Assembly (NCBI RefSeq): GCF_000281045.1 | Contig: NW_008246097.1 | Coordinates: 483,911 to 547,910, forward strand | Origin: Saprolegnia diclina VS20 | Lineage: Eukaryota | Direction of reading: 5' to 3' | DNA length: 64,000 bases | In this document: piece by piece, positions 12,425 to 23,800 of the stretch | How the letters are laid out: each line of letters starts with the position of its first letter | Numbering within the stretch: the stretch's first letter is position 1 | Program-made: the position numbers and the translations under genes | The notes under the pieces: generated by a model | The model's database searches: none | Seen by the model: the letters and a program-made list of their open reading frames with translations, nothing else | What the model was told of the DNA's origin: nothing

Positions 12425-13415
12425 ATGAGCACCAAGGGTGGCATGAGCGCGCACCACCAGGCAGAGGTCGCCGCCGAGTCTGCTGGTGCGTCTCTGATGC
12501 GCGCCTAGATCTCCAAGTTTCTCAAGTTCTTCCGGTCGCGCCTCGCGACGCACCTCGAGAACATTGAGGCCGAGTTTGACGACACGCGCTCGGACCGGTA
12601 CGCGTCGTGCTCGTCCGTGGGCATGGCGACATCTGTCGACGTAGCCTCTCGTCCGACGACATGTACAGCCAGAAGGACGTGACGGACGTGCTCACGTCGC
12701 TCTGCTTTGCCATCAAGGTCCACTCGACGTCACAAGACCATGGCTGGAGCTTTGATGCACATAGGGCAACGCCCGCAGCGAGCTCCAGGATACGATCAAC
12801 ATGACGGCGCTGCTCTTGCGCCAAGTGTTTGCGGAAGCGGAAGAGAACCAACTGCGCCTCGCGCTCGACACAGGCATCGTCGAAGACAAGGGTACGTAGG
12901 TATGCAACCGCATGGCAGCACTGAGCAGGCGACTAGACATGCTCGAAAAGGTCGAGCGCCTCTCGGTGGCCGAGTGGGCGGGCGACGAGAAGCGCGCCAA
13001 GAAGGCCGTGCTGCCCAAGGCCGGCCGGTCCGACGAAGAGTTTGAATCGCTCGAGAAAGAAACCCAGTCGCTGCGCGGCCGCCTCGAGCAGCTCCAAGTC
13101 GACTGCTCGCGCGCGCTCAAGGACAAGAGCCGGCTCCAGGACGACATGGACGAGCTCCGGCACGCGCAGACGACGTCGAGTGGCCGCCACGTCGATGCGC
13201 TCGAGAAGGAGCTGCGTGCAGCGCGCCAAGCGCTCGCCGAGTACGAGGCGAGTGCGAAGGAGGAAGAGGACCATATTTCGCAGACCAAGCCGTTCCTGCA
13301 GCTCAAAAAGATGGTCAAGGACAAGAACGATTTGATTCAGCAGCTGCGCCGCCGCCTTCGCAAGTACGAGCCCGAAGACGACGACGCCAAGGCTGCGGAC
13401 GACGACGACGACTAA
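12425..13415 (+). CDS. LZTFL1: Leucine zipper transcription factor-like 1 (BBS17, BBSome regulator)
   Basis: SAHHQAE-ISKFLKFFRSRL..DDTRSDRL..DVTDVL..SELQDTINMTALLLRQVFAEAE; coiled-coil tail QTKPFLQLKKMVKDKNDLIQQLRRRLRKYE. Confidence 0.85.
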
Positions 13416-13434
13416 TTTGCACTAGTAGTATACA

Positions 13435-15013
13435 CTAATCGAGGCGTGGCGGGACCTGCCCGCCCCAGTGCACTTGGATACCTGGCCACTTGGTCGTGAG
13501 CACGTCTTCGATCGGGCAGCTCGAGCCGCCCGATGCCGCGCCCGAGTCGGTCAGCGGCACGGTGTAGCCCACAACGTTGCGGCTTGGCACGATGGCGTCG
13601 AAGCGCACGAGGCGCGGCGTCGACGTCCGACTGTCGACGAGACCGTTGTAGTGGTAGAAGACCACCTTGTCCTCGACGTCGGGGGCCATCGGGAGGCGCT
13701 CGGCCGGCGGTGCACTCTCGACTGGCGCGGAGGCACCGCTGTCAAACTGGGCCTGGAGCTCCCGCGCGAGGTCCGAGTCGGAGCGCTGGCGCGTCGCGAC
13801 CTTGCCCGTGATGGCGGTTTGGAGGTCGTTGGTCTCGAGCAAGAGCGAAATGACGCGCCAAAAGTCGTCCCAGAGCACAATGCCGGCGCCTGGCACCTAC
13901 GCAGAGGCCTCGGGGATGATCGACGTCGATTCAGCGGAAGGAAACCTCGAGCTTGGCGTAGAGGCGGCCCATTTGGTACTGGTTGCCGAGAATCCCTTCG
14001 TCGACGCCGAGCGACCGGAGGCAGGGCAGGAGCGCGTCGAGGGCGATGAACCCGCTCTCCATCGTATCGTGCTGCTTGAAGGCGCGCGTGACTTTGGACA
14101 AGAGCGCGTCCGAGTCCGACTCTGTCACGAGCGAGAGGTTGGGTGAAAATAGCACTGTAAAGTGGCTCGCGCTCCCGAGCACCCAAATGGGCGACGACGG
14201 CGTCTTGAAGTAGCTGCCCACGGCGCAGTAGCGCAGCGCCTCGAGCTGCGTGAGGTACCCGACGGTCGGGCGATGATAGACACCCCGCAGCACGAGACCC
14301 GTATCGCCCATGGGCACGCTGTCGTCAAACACGTTGGACGTGCCCTTGCCCGTGAGCATGAGGTTGAGCAGCTCCTGCGTTCCGTGGCCAAACTCGCCCA
14401 TCGTCAGACTGCTCTCCATGTCGTCCATGTCGCCACGGAGACGGTCGACGCCACGTGTGAGCACCATGCTGTACACAAAGCTCAAGACGCCCTTCCCAGC
14501 GACGAAGAAGTCGCGCACGGACACCTCGAGGTCGGCGCGCGCGACAGCAATCGGGCGCACGGGCCCCGACGCGGTCGCCGACACGTGCGCAGCGTCGATA
14601 AGCCAAATCGGGTCGGTCTCGGACTCGGTCGTCGAGAGCAGCATCGCGGCCAAGACCAGCGCCAGCAAGCGCTCGCGGGCGTCGCCCGTCAACGGCGTGT
14701 CCAGTGAGCCCAAGAGATGCACGAGCATTCGAGCCTACGGCCAGAGCCTGAAGCATGGTTCGTCATGTAGGATGGCGATGATACCTGGACCGGGGCGAAG
14801 ACGCCGCAAGGACCACCATGGGTTTGCTGGAGGCCCCACGTCGGGCCAGGCCCATCCAGCGGGCAGAAGCGGAAGTCTACATCGCTCGCTGCAATGGCGG
14901 TAGACAGGACGAGGCCAATTACCTTCGCTCTGCCAGCGGAGCTCTTCCTCGCTCTCGTAGACGGCCGACGCGCCCCACATGAGCTGGCGCAAGCTCTCGA
15001 CGGTTGCAGCCAT
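13435..15013 (-). CDS. MINDY-3/4 family deubiquitinase (FAM188)
   Basis: WGLQQTHGGPCGVFAPVQ catalytic Cys motif; GHGTQELLNLMLTGKGTSNVFD; GYLTQLEALRYCAVGSYFKTPSSPIWVLGSASHFTVLF; YHYNGL. Confidence 0.9.
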
Positions 15014-15726
15014 CGTCGTCAATGCAAAATGGAGTCGCGTTTGGTTAGTTTCTCGCACGAGATCGCACACGACACGATCGCAAGTAGTTAATTACCCAAC
15101 GCTCACTCGCCAATGCGAGTGACTCCCTAAAACCAAGGTTGTCAACGTTTTTCAAGAATATCTTCTTTTTGAATAGTTTAAATTCATATAAAAATAGAAT
15201 TTTCCCTTTAAACAACACCTTTAAGCAAATTTCTTTTATAAAAGGTGCGCCGCGATTGCAACTAAGGAGATTTGACACGGTTGAAGCTTGTGGCGGAGCT
15301 TGCCACGACGACGCGCAGCTGGTGCGACCGAACAATCGGCTCGATCGAGATTAGACGCCAAGGACTAGGTAACACAAAAGTACACTAATAGACATAGACG
15401 TATAATGAGCTGTACGAGCTGGAGTCAGGAACGAGGGCGGTCGTCGACGGCCGTGTTGTCGACGAGCAACGCTAAACTCACCCAATGCCGGCTGCGATGC
15501 GAGAAGCCGCGCGCTGCAGCCACATGGACGCCACGGGGCCGAAGATTCTGCGCACGTTGCAGGCGACGCAGCCACGCTCGCAGCTCCTGGATGCTTGCGA
15601 AAGGTTGGGCGGTCCCACTCGCCTCTCTCATCAAGGCTTGGAGCGTGGGATGTGCAATGACTGGTCGCCAGACATACACCAAGATGATCCTGTTAAATAG
15701 TCTTTTTTCTATAATCAAATACAGAG

Positions 15727-16815
15727 CTAGACGATCGTCGTCCGTAGCGTCGAAGTGGCTTGTGTTGGCGAGCAAAAGCTCGAGCTAATGCGCATGTCAA
15801 CGTCCGCGAGCGAGACGAGCGACTTGCGGTACGTGACGTTTTCGGCTTCGCGCCGCGCTTGGCCCGCGGCCTTGGCGAACGCTGCGACGGCTTCTTTGGC
15901 CGCCCGCTGACGCTCTTGCGCCGGCGGCAAGGACGGGCGCGGTGCGAGAAGGAGGATCGGACTGCACGGCTGCTCGTCAACCGCCGACAAGGCCGACGCA
16001 GTGACGTTCACGACAGCGTGGACGTCGCCGCGCGGGTAGCTCACGGAGAGCGTCGTGCTGCTGGCGCGAATGCGCTGGAGAGAGACGGGCTTGACGACCT
16101 TGGGCGACGCCTTGGCACCGATGCTCGGGAAGAAGACGCGCCAGTCGGCGCTCGGCGGCGGCGCGTCGCCGTCCCAGCGCACGGCGATCGACGGGCCGCC
16201 GCCGTAGACGCTCCACAGCGTCCGCCACGCGTCTTCGTGCAGGAAGCGGTAGTCGTTGCCATACAAGAGCGTCTGTTTTGGGTACAGTTGTCCGTTGTAA
16301 AAGTAGAGCAGCGCGTGGTTCGAGATCGGACCGGGCGGACTCGTGGTCGCGCCATCGGCGTACGCGAGCCACGCCTCGTACCACCGCGTGTGGACGACAT
16401 AGTACGTCGCGCCGGCCTTCGTATTCAGGAGCAGCACGCGCCGCAGCTCGGCGGATGGCGGCTCGTGCGAGCTGCGTGTCGGCAGCGACGAGGTCGCGGG
16501 TGCGCGCGTCTTGCGCTGGAACGGCGAAGCGATGCGGCGCTTGACGCGCGGGTCGCCCTGCGCCGCGAGGCACGTCAACAGCGAGGCGCAGTCTGTGCAT
16601 GTGCGCGACGCTTGGCGCGTCGAGCCAAGGAGAATCGATTTGTGAGGCGAGCACGCGCTGCAGACGAGCTGCCCGCAGAGCCGGCAGTGGTGGCGGCGCT
16701 TCCCAAAGAGGCCAAACGACTCGTAGCAGAGGCAGCAGAGCGCGCTGGCGGCGTTCGGGACCCAGCGCACGTCGAGGACGCGGGCGTCGTACGCGAGCTC
16801 GTACACCTCGTGCAT
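15727..16815 (-). CDS. FYVE zinc finger plus DUSP-domain protein
   Basis: WVPN..CCLC..F..RRHHCRLCGQLVCSACS..RTCTDC (FYVE); YYVVHTRWYEAW..PPGPISNHAL..DYRFLHEDAWRTLWSVYGGGPSI (DUSP). Confidence 0.85.
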   Translation of the reverse strand: MHEVYELAYDARVLDVRWVPNAASALCCLCYESFGLFGKRRHHCRLCGQLVCSACSPHKSILLGSTRQASRTCTDCASLLTCLAAQGDPRVKRRIASPFQRKTRAPATSSLPTRSSHEPPSAELRRVLLLNTKAGATYYVVHTRWYEAWLAYADGATTSPPGPISNHALLYFYNGQLYPKQTLLYGNDYRFLHEDAWRTLWSVYGGGPSIAVRWDGDAPPPSADWRVFFPSIGAKASPKVVKPVSLQRIRASSTTLSVSYPRGDVHAVVNVTASALSAVDEQPCSPILLLAPRPSLPPAQERQRAAKEAVAAFAKAAGQARREAENVTYRKSLVSLADVDMRISSSFCSPTQATSTLRTTIV

Positions 16816-17255
16816 GGATGGGCAGGAGCAAAAGTGAAGCGGATGCAAAGAAGAAGCCGACGCAGAGCCGGACCGGCCACCTGCGATGCTCATTCGCCGA
16901 GCCGCAGCATCTGGCGCCGCCGTTGTGACGTGACACTGTATTTTCCGTTCGGCAAATCCTGACCAGCAGGAGGTGCAGGTCGATTTGGGTGCCGCAAGGA
17001 GACGACGACGGCAACGAGGTGGCGGAGGAAGAAGGGCGGCGCAAGCTACTCGTGCACTGACCAGAGACCAGCACATCGATGTCTCTGGCACCGTCGCTGG
17101 CGTCTCCATCAAGCCGCTTCAACCACGTAACAACAGCGAACACCAGCAGGAGCTGTCTTGCGCGAACGGTCCGCATCCTCCACGCCCATGTTTATAGAGG
17201 AATAGCATCTGCGAGTTAATGGCATCCTGGAGCTCCTGAGCGCGATGGGGCAGCC

Positions 17256-19488
17256 TCAGGCCATGCAATTGCGTTCTTCCGGCCGCTACAAGCAGTCGCC
17301 GCCAATGAATTCGTTGATGCGACGCGTACCTTGTACGGAAGCTGCAATGCGATGAAGACGTCTTTTTCATCCGGGCAGATGAGACCCGGCGCTTGCTTGA
17401 GCTTCTTGGCGCCTTTAGCGCGCGCCACTTTGGTGAGCCCGCGGTCGGTCAAGCTATAACCCTATCGTGCTGGTCGTACCGGCCGACTGGTCGTATCTGG
17501 CTCGGACCTTTTGCTTGGCAAACGCGCGCATGCTGCGGTTAAAGTGGTCGCTGCCCGTAAAGTACAACTGTGCAAAGCCAAAGAGGTGGCGCGGGTACAC
17601 CTTGAGGTCAATGCGCCGAAAAGGCCGGCTCTAGACACAGCGATCCGATCGAGCCGGTCGTCTGGTTCGTAGTCTGTCACCTCGTCGACGCGGCAGACGC
17701 CCATGTACGAGTCGCAGCCGCCAATGTGGTGCTCCGTCACGGTCGTGAGGTCGTCTAGCATCGTGTATGCAGACAATCTGACCAAGCCCGCTGACGTCAT
17801 CGACGCACCCGTGAGAAACGCGCGCTTGTGCAATTCGCGGAGGAGATCTTGGCATCAAAATTTGGCGCCAAATCAAAATCTCGACAGAAATTCGACAGAA
17901 ATTACCTGGCAAGAGCACGCACTCGTCGGCCAGCGGGTCCGTGATGAGGATGTCGACGTCGCCCGACTGCAACTTGCCGCGGCGGTAGCTCCCGCATGTC
18001 ACAGAGACGGCAGTCGGGTGAATCATGGCGACCGTCGCCTTGACAATAGCTTGGATATCTTCAACCTCCGCCCTGCGTCCAGATACATACTTGCATAGCT
18101 CGTAACAAAACTTGCTCTTTGCACCTCGGGATTTTCACCAGGAAATCGGCATAGTGCTCCAGACCGATGCGCTGTTGCGGGTTGAGAACCTCGTCTTGGC
18201 GCATCCGCAGCGCATCGAGGGACCGAAACCCTTGGCTACAACGTCACAATCAAAGCGAATCGATCGGCGAGAGCATACTAAGTACCTGTAGAGCGATGTT
18301 GCGGTCGATGGCCCGACGCCCCATATGTTGGCAAAGGTGCGGAGGACTTGGAGCCGGGCGTCGGCCTTCTTGGCCTCGAGCTTGCGCAGCGTGCCTGTCT
18401 CGAGGATCTCGCGGATCTTGGCGATGCCCGTCGCGTTCAACCCGTACTGGGGTCGCAGCGCCGCCGTCGACGTGACCTTGGCCGGCAGCTGCTTGAGGAT
18501 CGACACCATGCGCTGCAAGTACAAGCGCGATAGTTCAACTTGAAAATAGCCAGAAACATACCTTGTAGCTGTTCTCGCGCCACTCGTCCTTCTCGACGGC
18601 AAGGTACTCGATGAGCTCGTCCAGCACGGACGTCAAGTGTGCATTGTGGTTGATCGATTGCACTAGAGTCGGGGTCGAAGGCTGACCCAAATGACGCCAG
18701 GAGTTACCAGACGTTGTCGCGCACACAAAGCTCGTGGCCTTGATCTGGCGTGGATCAGCTGCTTCTTCTGCGTGGACCACGACCATGCTCGGGTTGATCT
18801 CGTAAAAGACACGCTTGCGGTACGCCATGTCTTCGTCGAGCGCCCGCAATGGCGACCCAGAAGCGATGGCGGACTGTGCTGTAGGTAGTGGCGCAGGGCT
18901 CTCTTGCGTGTTGCTGGGGGAGCTCTCGTAAAAGGCTCGCTGGGGCGGCGCATCCTCGGTGGGCGCAGTCGTCGGCGCAACGTCGGTCCAAGCAAACATC
19001 CCATCGGGCGGCAAAGTGCGATGCTGGATGACGTATACGAGCCAGTCAGGCGAAACGACGCGCAGACTTGGAGAAAGCTCTGGCACGTGGCAGTAGCTGC
19101 AGAGCCGCTCGCGTGACAGGCTGAGGCTCGCCACGACGATCGTATTCTCGCTGTCGTCGCATGTCGTGACGAGCTGTCCGCCGGCCTTGGCCACCTGCGT
19201 CGTCCAAATGTCGAGGCGCCGCCGACTCATGTCGGACCCCAATGCTACGATGAGCAGTCGCAGGCCTTGGAGCGGTCCTGCGAGTGGCACCGACTGCCGC
19301 CGGTGGGCCTTGTCGACGAGCGCTTTGGTCACTGCCATGGGCGGAAACGACTGTCGTCGATCCGAGGCGTCGCCAGCAGACGAAGCGAGGACTGGCGGCG
19401 CATCCGTCTCTGGCGCCGGCCGCTTGGTTGGGACGTAGATCTCGTTGAGCTTGTCGAAGAAGCGCGCCTTGCGCTTCGCGCTGAGCAT
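17256..19488 (-). CDS. POLL: Family X DNA polymerase (Pol lambda-like) with N-terminal BRCT-like domain, multi-exon
   Basis: VVSPDWL (BRCT), [71 protein letters not shown]-terminal YK|RPEERN. Confidence 0.92.
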
Positions 19489-19526
19489 GGTTTTGACGGT
19501 TGGGATTTGGCTCAAAATGAATTTTA

Positions 19527-19568
19527 CCCAATCACATGCCTGTTAAGCTGCATTATGGGCCAATCACA
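19527..19568. promoter_or_regulatory. Paired CCAAT boxes upstream of Pol lambda
   Basis: cccaatcac and gccaatcac within 80 bp of the ATG. Similar CCAAT/ATTGG sites lie upstream of the INO80-like (~41467-41485), NSUN6 (~54925), RPL6 (~50913) and SR (~62385, ~62427) genes. Confidence 0.5.
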
Positions 19569-20063
19569 ATGCACAAAGTTTCGATCTGCGCAGCAATGTG
19601 CCAACACGAAGCGAGACTGGGCTCCAATGCGCCGTGATGCGACTCCAGACCTCGCACGAAAAGACTTGCAGCCTTAGCACAGTTAGCTGCGCGAGGAGTG
19701 GCAGATCTTACAGAGCCGCCAAGCAACGGCGACATCGACGACTTCTGCAGTACGCATATTCGAAGCGACGAGGCGCGACCAGGGAACGGCCGCCAGGCAC
19801 GACTGGGCGGGTGTCAACCGAGGTTTATGAAGCATCTCCTTTCAAGGTCAACTGCTGGTCCATCGTCATTGGAGTCGTTCACAGCTAGCTACACGGATCA
19901 TCCGTCATTGCCTCATTCGAACCCGACGACCAAACGGCTGACCGCACGCTCGCCTGTGGTGCTCGCCTCTTCTTATTTGCGGCTACATGGCCGATGGCTT
20001 CGAGCGGCCTAGCTGCATCACGCGTACGAGTCGCGCTGCTCTTGTGGTCAAGTATTAGGATGC

Positions 20064-20403
20064 NNNNNNNNNNNNNNNNNNNNNNNNNNNNNNNNNNNNN
20101 NNNNNNNNNNNNNNNNNNNNNNNNNNNNNNNNNNNNNNNNNNNNNNNNNNNNNNNNNNNNNNNNNNNNNNNNNNNNNNNNNNNNNNNNNNNNNNNNNNNN
20201 NNNNNNNNNNNNNNNNNNNNNNNNNNNNNNNNNNNNNNNNNNNNNNNNNNNNNNNNNNNNNNNNNNNNNNNNNNNNNNNNNNNNNNNNNNNNNNNNNNNN
20301 NNNNNNNNNNNNNNNNNNNNNNNNNNNNNNNNNNNNNNNNNNNNNNNNNNNNNNNNNNNNNNNNNNNNNNNNNNNNNNNNNNNNNNNNNNNNNNNNNNNN
20401 NNN
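20064..20403. other. Assembly gap (Ns)
   Basis: Run of n characters. Confidence 1.
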
Positions 20404-20408
20404 CTAGC

Positions 20409-20806
20409 GTGCACTGTCCGCACGGCGGCTACCGCGAATACAGCCTCACCGTGATCAACTACAATGTCCGAGATGAGAACGATGGCATCGCGCTGACGAG
20501 GTGCTGCCACGTAGGTCAACAAGGAGCTCGAGATTGCCGTGTACAAGACTGGTGGCGAGAGCTGCACGATCGCCTCCGACGACGCTGGACCTTCTGTGCA
20601 CTTTGACACGTCCCGCCTCCTCGTGCGACCGCTACGTTTGTGCTCGTATCTCACGCAACTAGGTGGACCACGACGCCGCCAAGGCCATTGAAGCGCTCTT
20701 TCCGAGCATCGCGACCGCCGCGTCATCGCCCGAGGTAGCTACACCATGCCGTAGGTGGCGCCTGCGACCGACTGTAGGAGCTCTCAGCTTGCGTTGTCTG
20801 CTATGG
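20409..20806 (+). CDS. Possible 3' exons of an unidentified gene interrupted by the gap
   Basis: Short protein-like frames (YREYSLTVINYNVRDEND; VDHDAAKAIEALFPSIA) bounded by AG/GT sites. Confidence 0.3.
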
Positions 20807-20881
20807 CCCCATGCGACTGCCGCCCGTGGATCTGGAGACGATGGAACGGCAGCCATGATGAGTAACTATATACAGGTGTCT

Positions 20882-23800
20882 CTATGTCGAGTTGTTGGTC
20901 GGCGTGTGGTCGGTGGGGGAGCCGTCGATGACCACGTCGCCCTGGCAGAGGTCGCACTCGACATTCCGCGGCAGCTAATCGCGTAGAAGGATGATGATGA
21001 GCCTGGGCCATCGATAGACTACGTACCACAAAGTCCTCTTCGTACGAGGTCGACGACATGAGCGTGTACTTGACCGAAATCACCAAATGCAGCGACCCGC
21101 TGGCCACATCCTGGAGCGGCGCCCAGACGTCCAGCGGGTGGTCTTCGGCCAGATCCAGCAAGCTCACCTGCGCATCCCATACATGGCACTCGTTCCATCG
21201 TCCATCAAAGTACCTTGGTCTGGCCCATGAACGGGTGGCTGCGGACCTTGCACTTGTTGTACACCGAGCAGTAGAGATCCGTGGGCGGCCCCGAGTACGC
21301 CTGCTGCTGCAACGCTTCGAGCGACGAGGACGCGAGCGGCATGTCTGGTGCGTGGGCTTCGTGCACGGGCAGCGCAAAGCGGTACACAAACACGTCGTCC
21401 GGCGAGTTCCACGTCGGCTCGAGCGTCGAGACCGCGTGTCGGCTGCGGTACGTGCTGATGGCCCACCCGTTGGGCGTCGGGCGCGGCGACTCGTGGCGGG
21501 GGTACGACAGCTGGAAGAAGACGTACGGGTCCGCCTAGTACAGAGATGACAATGTGTCCATAATTCCGTGCTGTGTACCGAGTAGCCCAAGAGGTCGCTA
21601 GGAATGAGATGCGAGCCCGCGACGAGCTTGACCTACGCCACCGAATCAGCATTGTTGGCGCCAAAACATGAGAGACCGTGAGGACGGCCACGAGGCGGTG
21701 GGGGAGCCCCAGATGCCGGAAGAGCTTGTTGCGCTGCACTTGCTTGAAGACGTCCGTGAGCCAGCGCGCGTGCGTCACCGTCTCCTTCCAGCGACTGCTC
21801 GTCTTGATGTAGCCGCCGTCCGCATCAAAGTGCTGGACGGCCGTGACAAACCAGCCCTCGCCGCAGAGCGCCTTCCACACCTCGCGCATGTGGCTGTCGG
21901 GGAACATGAGCCCCGCGGCTTCTTCGCAGATCTGGTCCGACATGGGTAGGAACGTGTCCCAGCCCAGATCCACGCGCGACGGCTGCGCTTGCGGCGTCTT
22001 CTTGGGCGGCGACGCAGGGTCCATCCCGAGCATGTAGCGCGCGAGGTTGGCCGGCGCATCGACCTCCCATGGGTTGACAAAGAAGAAGGCTTCGTCCGGA
22101 ATCGCTTCCGGCGAAATGCTCGTCTTCTCGACGACCGGCGGCGGCACGTTGAGCGACATGGTGTGGTGGACGTTGGGCGCGACGTGCACCTCGAGGGACG
22201 GCGCAGCGAGGCGCGACCGCCGCCGCACGAGCCAGCGCAGCTTGTGGTTGAGGCACCAGCGCCCGAGAAGCGCCTGCGCCTCCTCGACGGTCGCGCAGAG
22301 GTGGTGCGCCGACAGCCACGCAAACGCGTCCTTGAGCGTAAAGCACGGCACGTACACGCGCGGCTCGAGCCGGAAGCGGCGCATGGTCATCGTGACCCCG
22401 AGCTTTGGGTGGTTCATGTACAGCATGATCATTTCGTCGCTCATATGTGCGAGATCGAGCGTCGGGAGCTCGGGCGCCGGCACGTCCACGGGGCGCACGA
22501 GCTGGTCCAAGCCGAAATGACCGCAAAAGCAGCTCGTGTCTTTGACAATGTCGTGAAACTCGGTCAAGACGTGCGCCTCCATCGAGAGGTACCAGCGCTT
22601 GAGCCCCGTGAGCGGCGCGTCGACCCAGTGCTTCCAGAGCTTCTTGGGCGCGTACAGCGCATTGTACATCATGACATGCTGCGTCGTCTCGTCGAGCGGG
22701 TACTCGACTTCGAACGCGTCGGCGAGCACCTTCTTCCCGTTGCAAAAGAGCGTTCGAATGAGCTGCACCATGAGGATCGTCGTGTACAGCCGGCGCACTT
22801 GGAGGAGGTGCGATCCGGGCTGGACGGCCGCAAATTGCTCCAGGAACGAGTAGCCAAAGTTGGAGATGTTGCACGCGCCCGACCGATCGAGGAACGTCAC
22901 CGCGCTCATGTTGACCTGCTTGAGGATCGCGAGGTTGGCGGCAAACGTCTGTTCGTCTAACACACAACCACAATAGTGTCACTCGTCACAGCACAAGTCA
23001 CGATATGACGTACACTGGGACGTGACGTCGAGGAGCAGCTGCGGCTGGTTCGTACACCACACGAGGAGCAAGCTGCCGAGGCGGATCGCGAGTCCGAGCA
23101 CCGCACGCAGCGGTCGCGGGAGCGCAAGCGTGCCTTCTTCAAAGAGGTGCTGGAGGTAGCACAGCTGGATCGTGAGGTGCTCCCAGTCGCGAAACACCTC
23201 GGCCGTGATCTGGCACGTTGTAAAGCTCGCAGACGAGTGCAGCATGTTGAGGCTCACAAAGTTGACCCACTCGTGCATGACGGCGTCGCGCGAGAGCTCG
23301 GACAAGAGGAAGCAGCACTCGACCATGTGCATCTGCGCATGCGGCTGGAGCACGCCGAGCGTCGCCTCGAGAATGTACTGGCGGTCGACGCGGAACTGGG
23401 CGCAGAGCGGCGCGCAGAGGTCGTTGAGGTAGCTCACGTGGTCGATGCGGACGCGCGTCGAGAGCGGGTGGATGTGCCGCTTGACTGAGAGCCGAAAGTG
23501 CGAAATCATCTCGCGCGCGACGCGGAGGCCGATCATTTTGCCCACAAACGCCGACGACGACCAGCGCCGGCACTCAATGTCGGCGATCTCGTGCTTGGGC
23601 CAGAGACTCGGCACATCGTCCGTCGACGACGGTGACGTGGCCGCGCCGTGCAGCAAATCCTGCCAGTCTTCTTCCGTCAAGCTCGTGCGGTCCGTCTCGA
23701 GCGTCAGATGCTGGGCGAGGGAAAAGCTGCTACGGCGGCGCGTCACGTTTGCACTCCGGGGTGACCCAAAGAGCGCGTTCGATGACGACGACGACGACGA

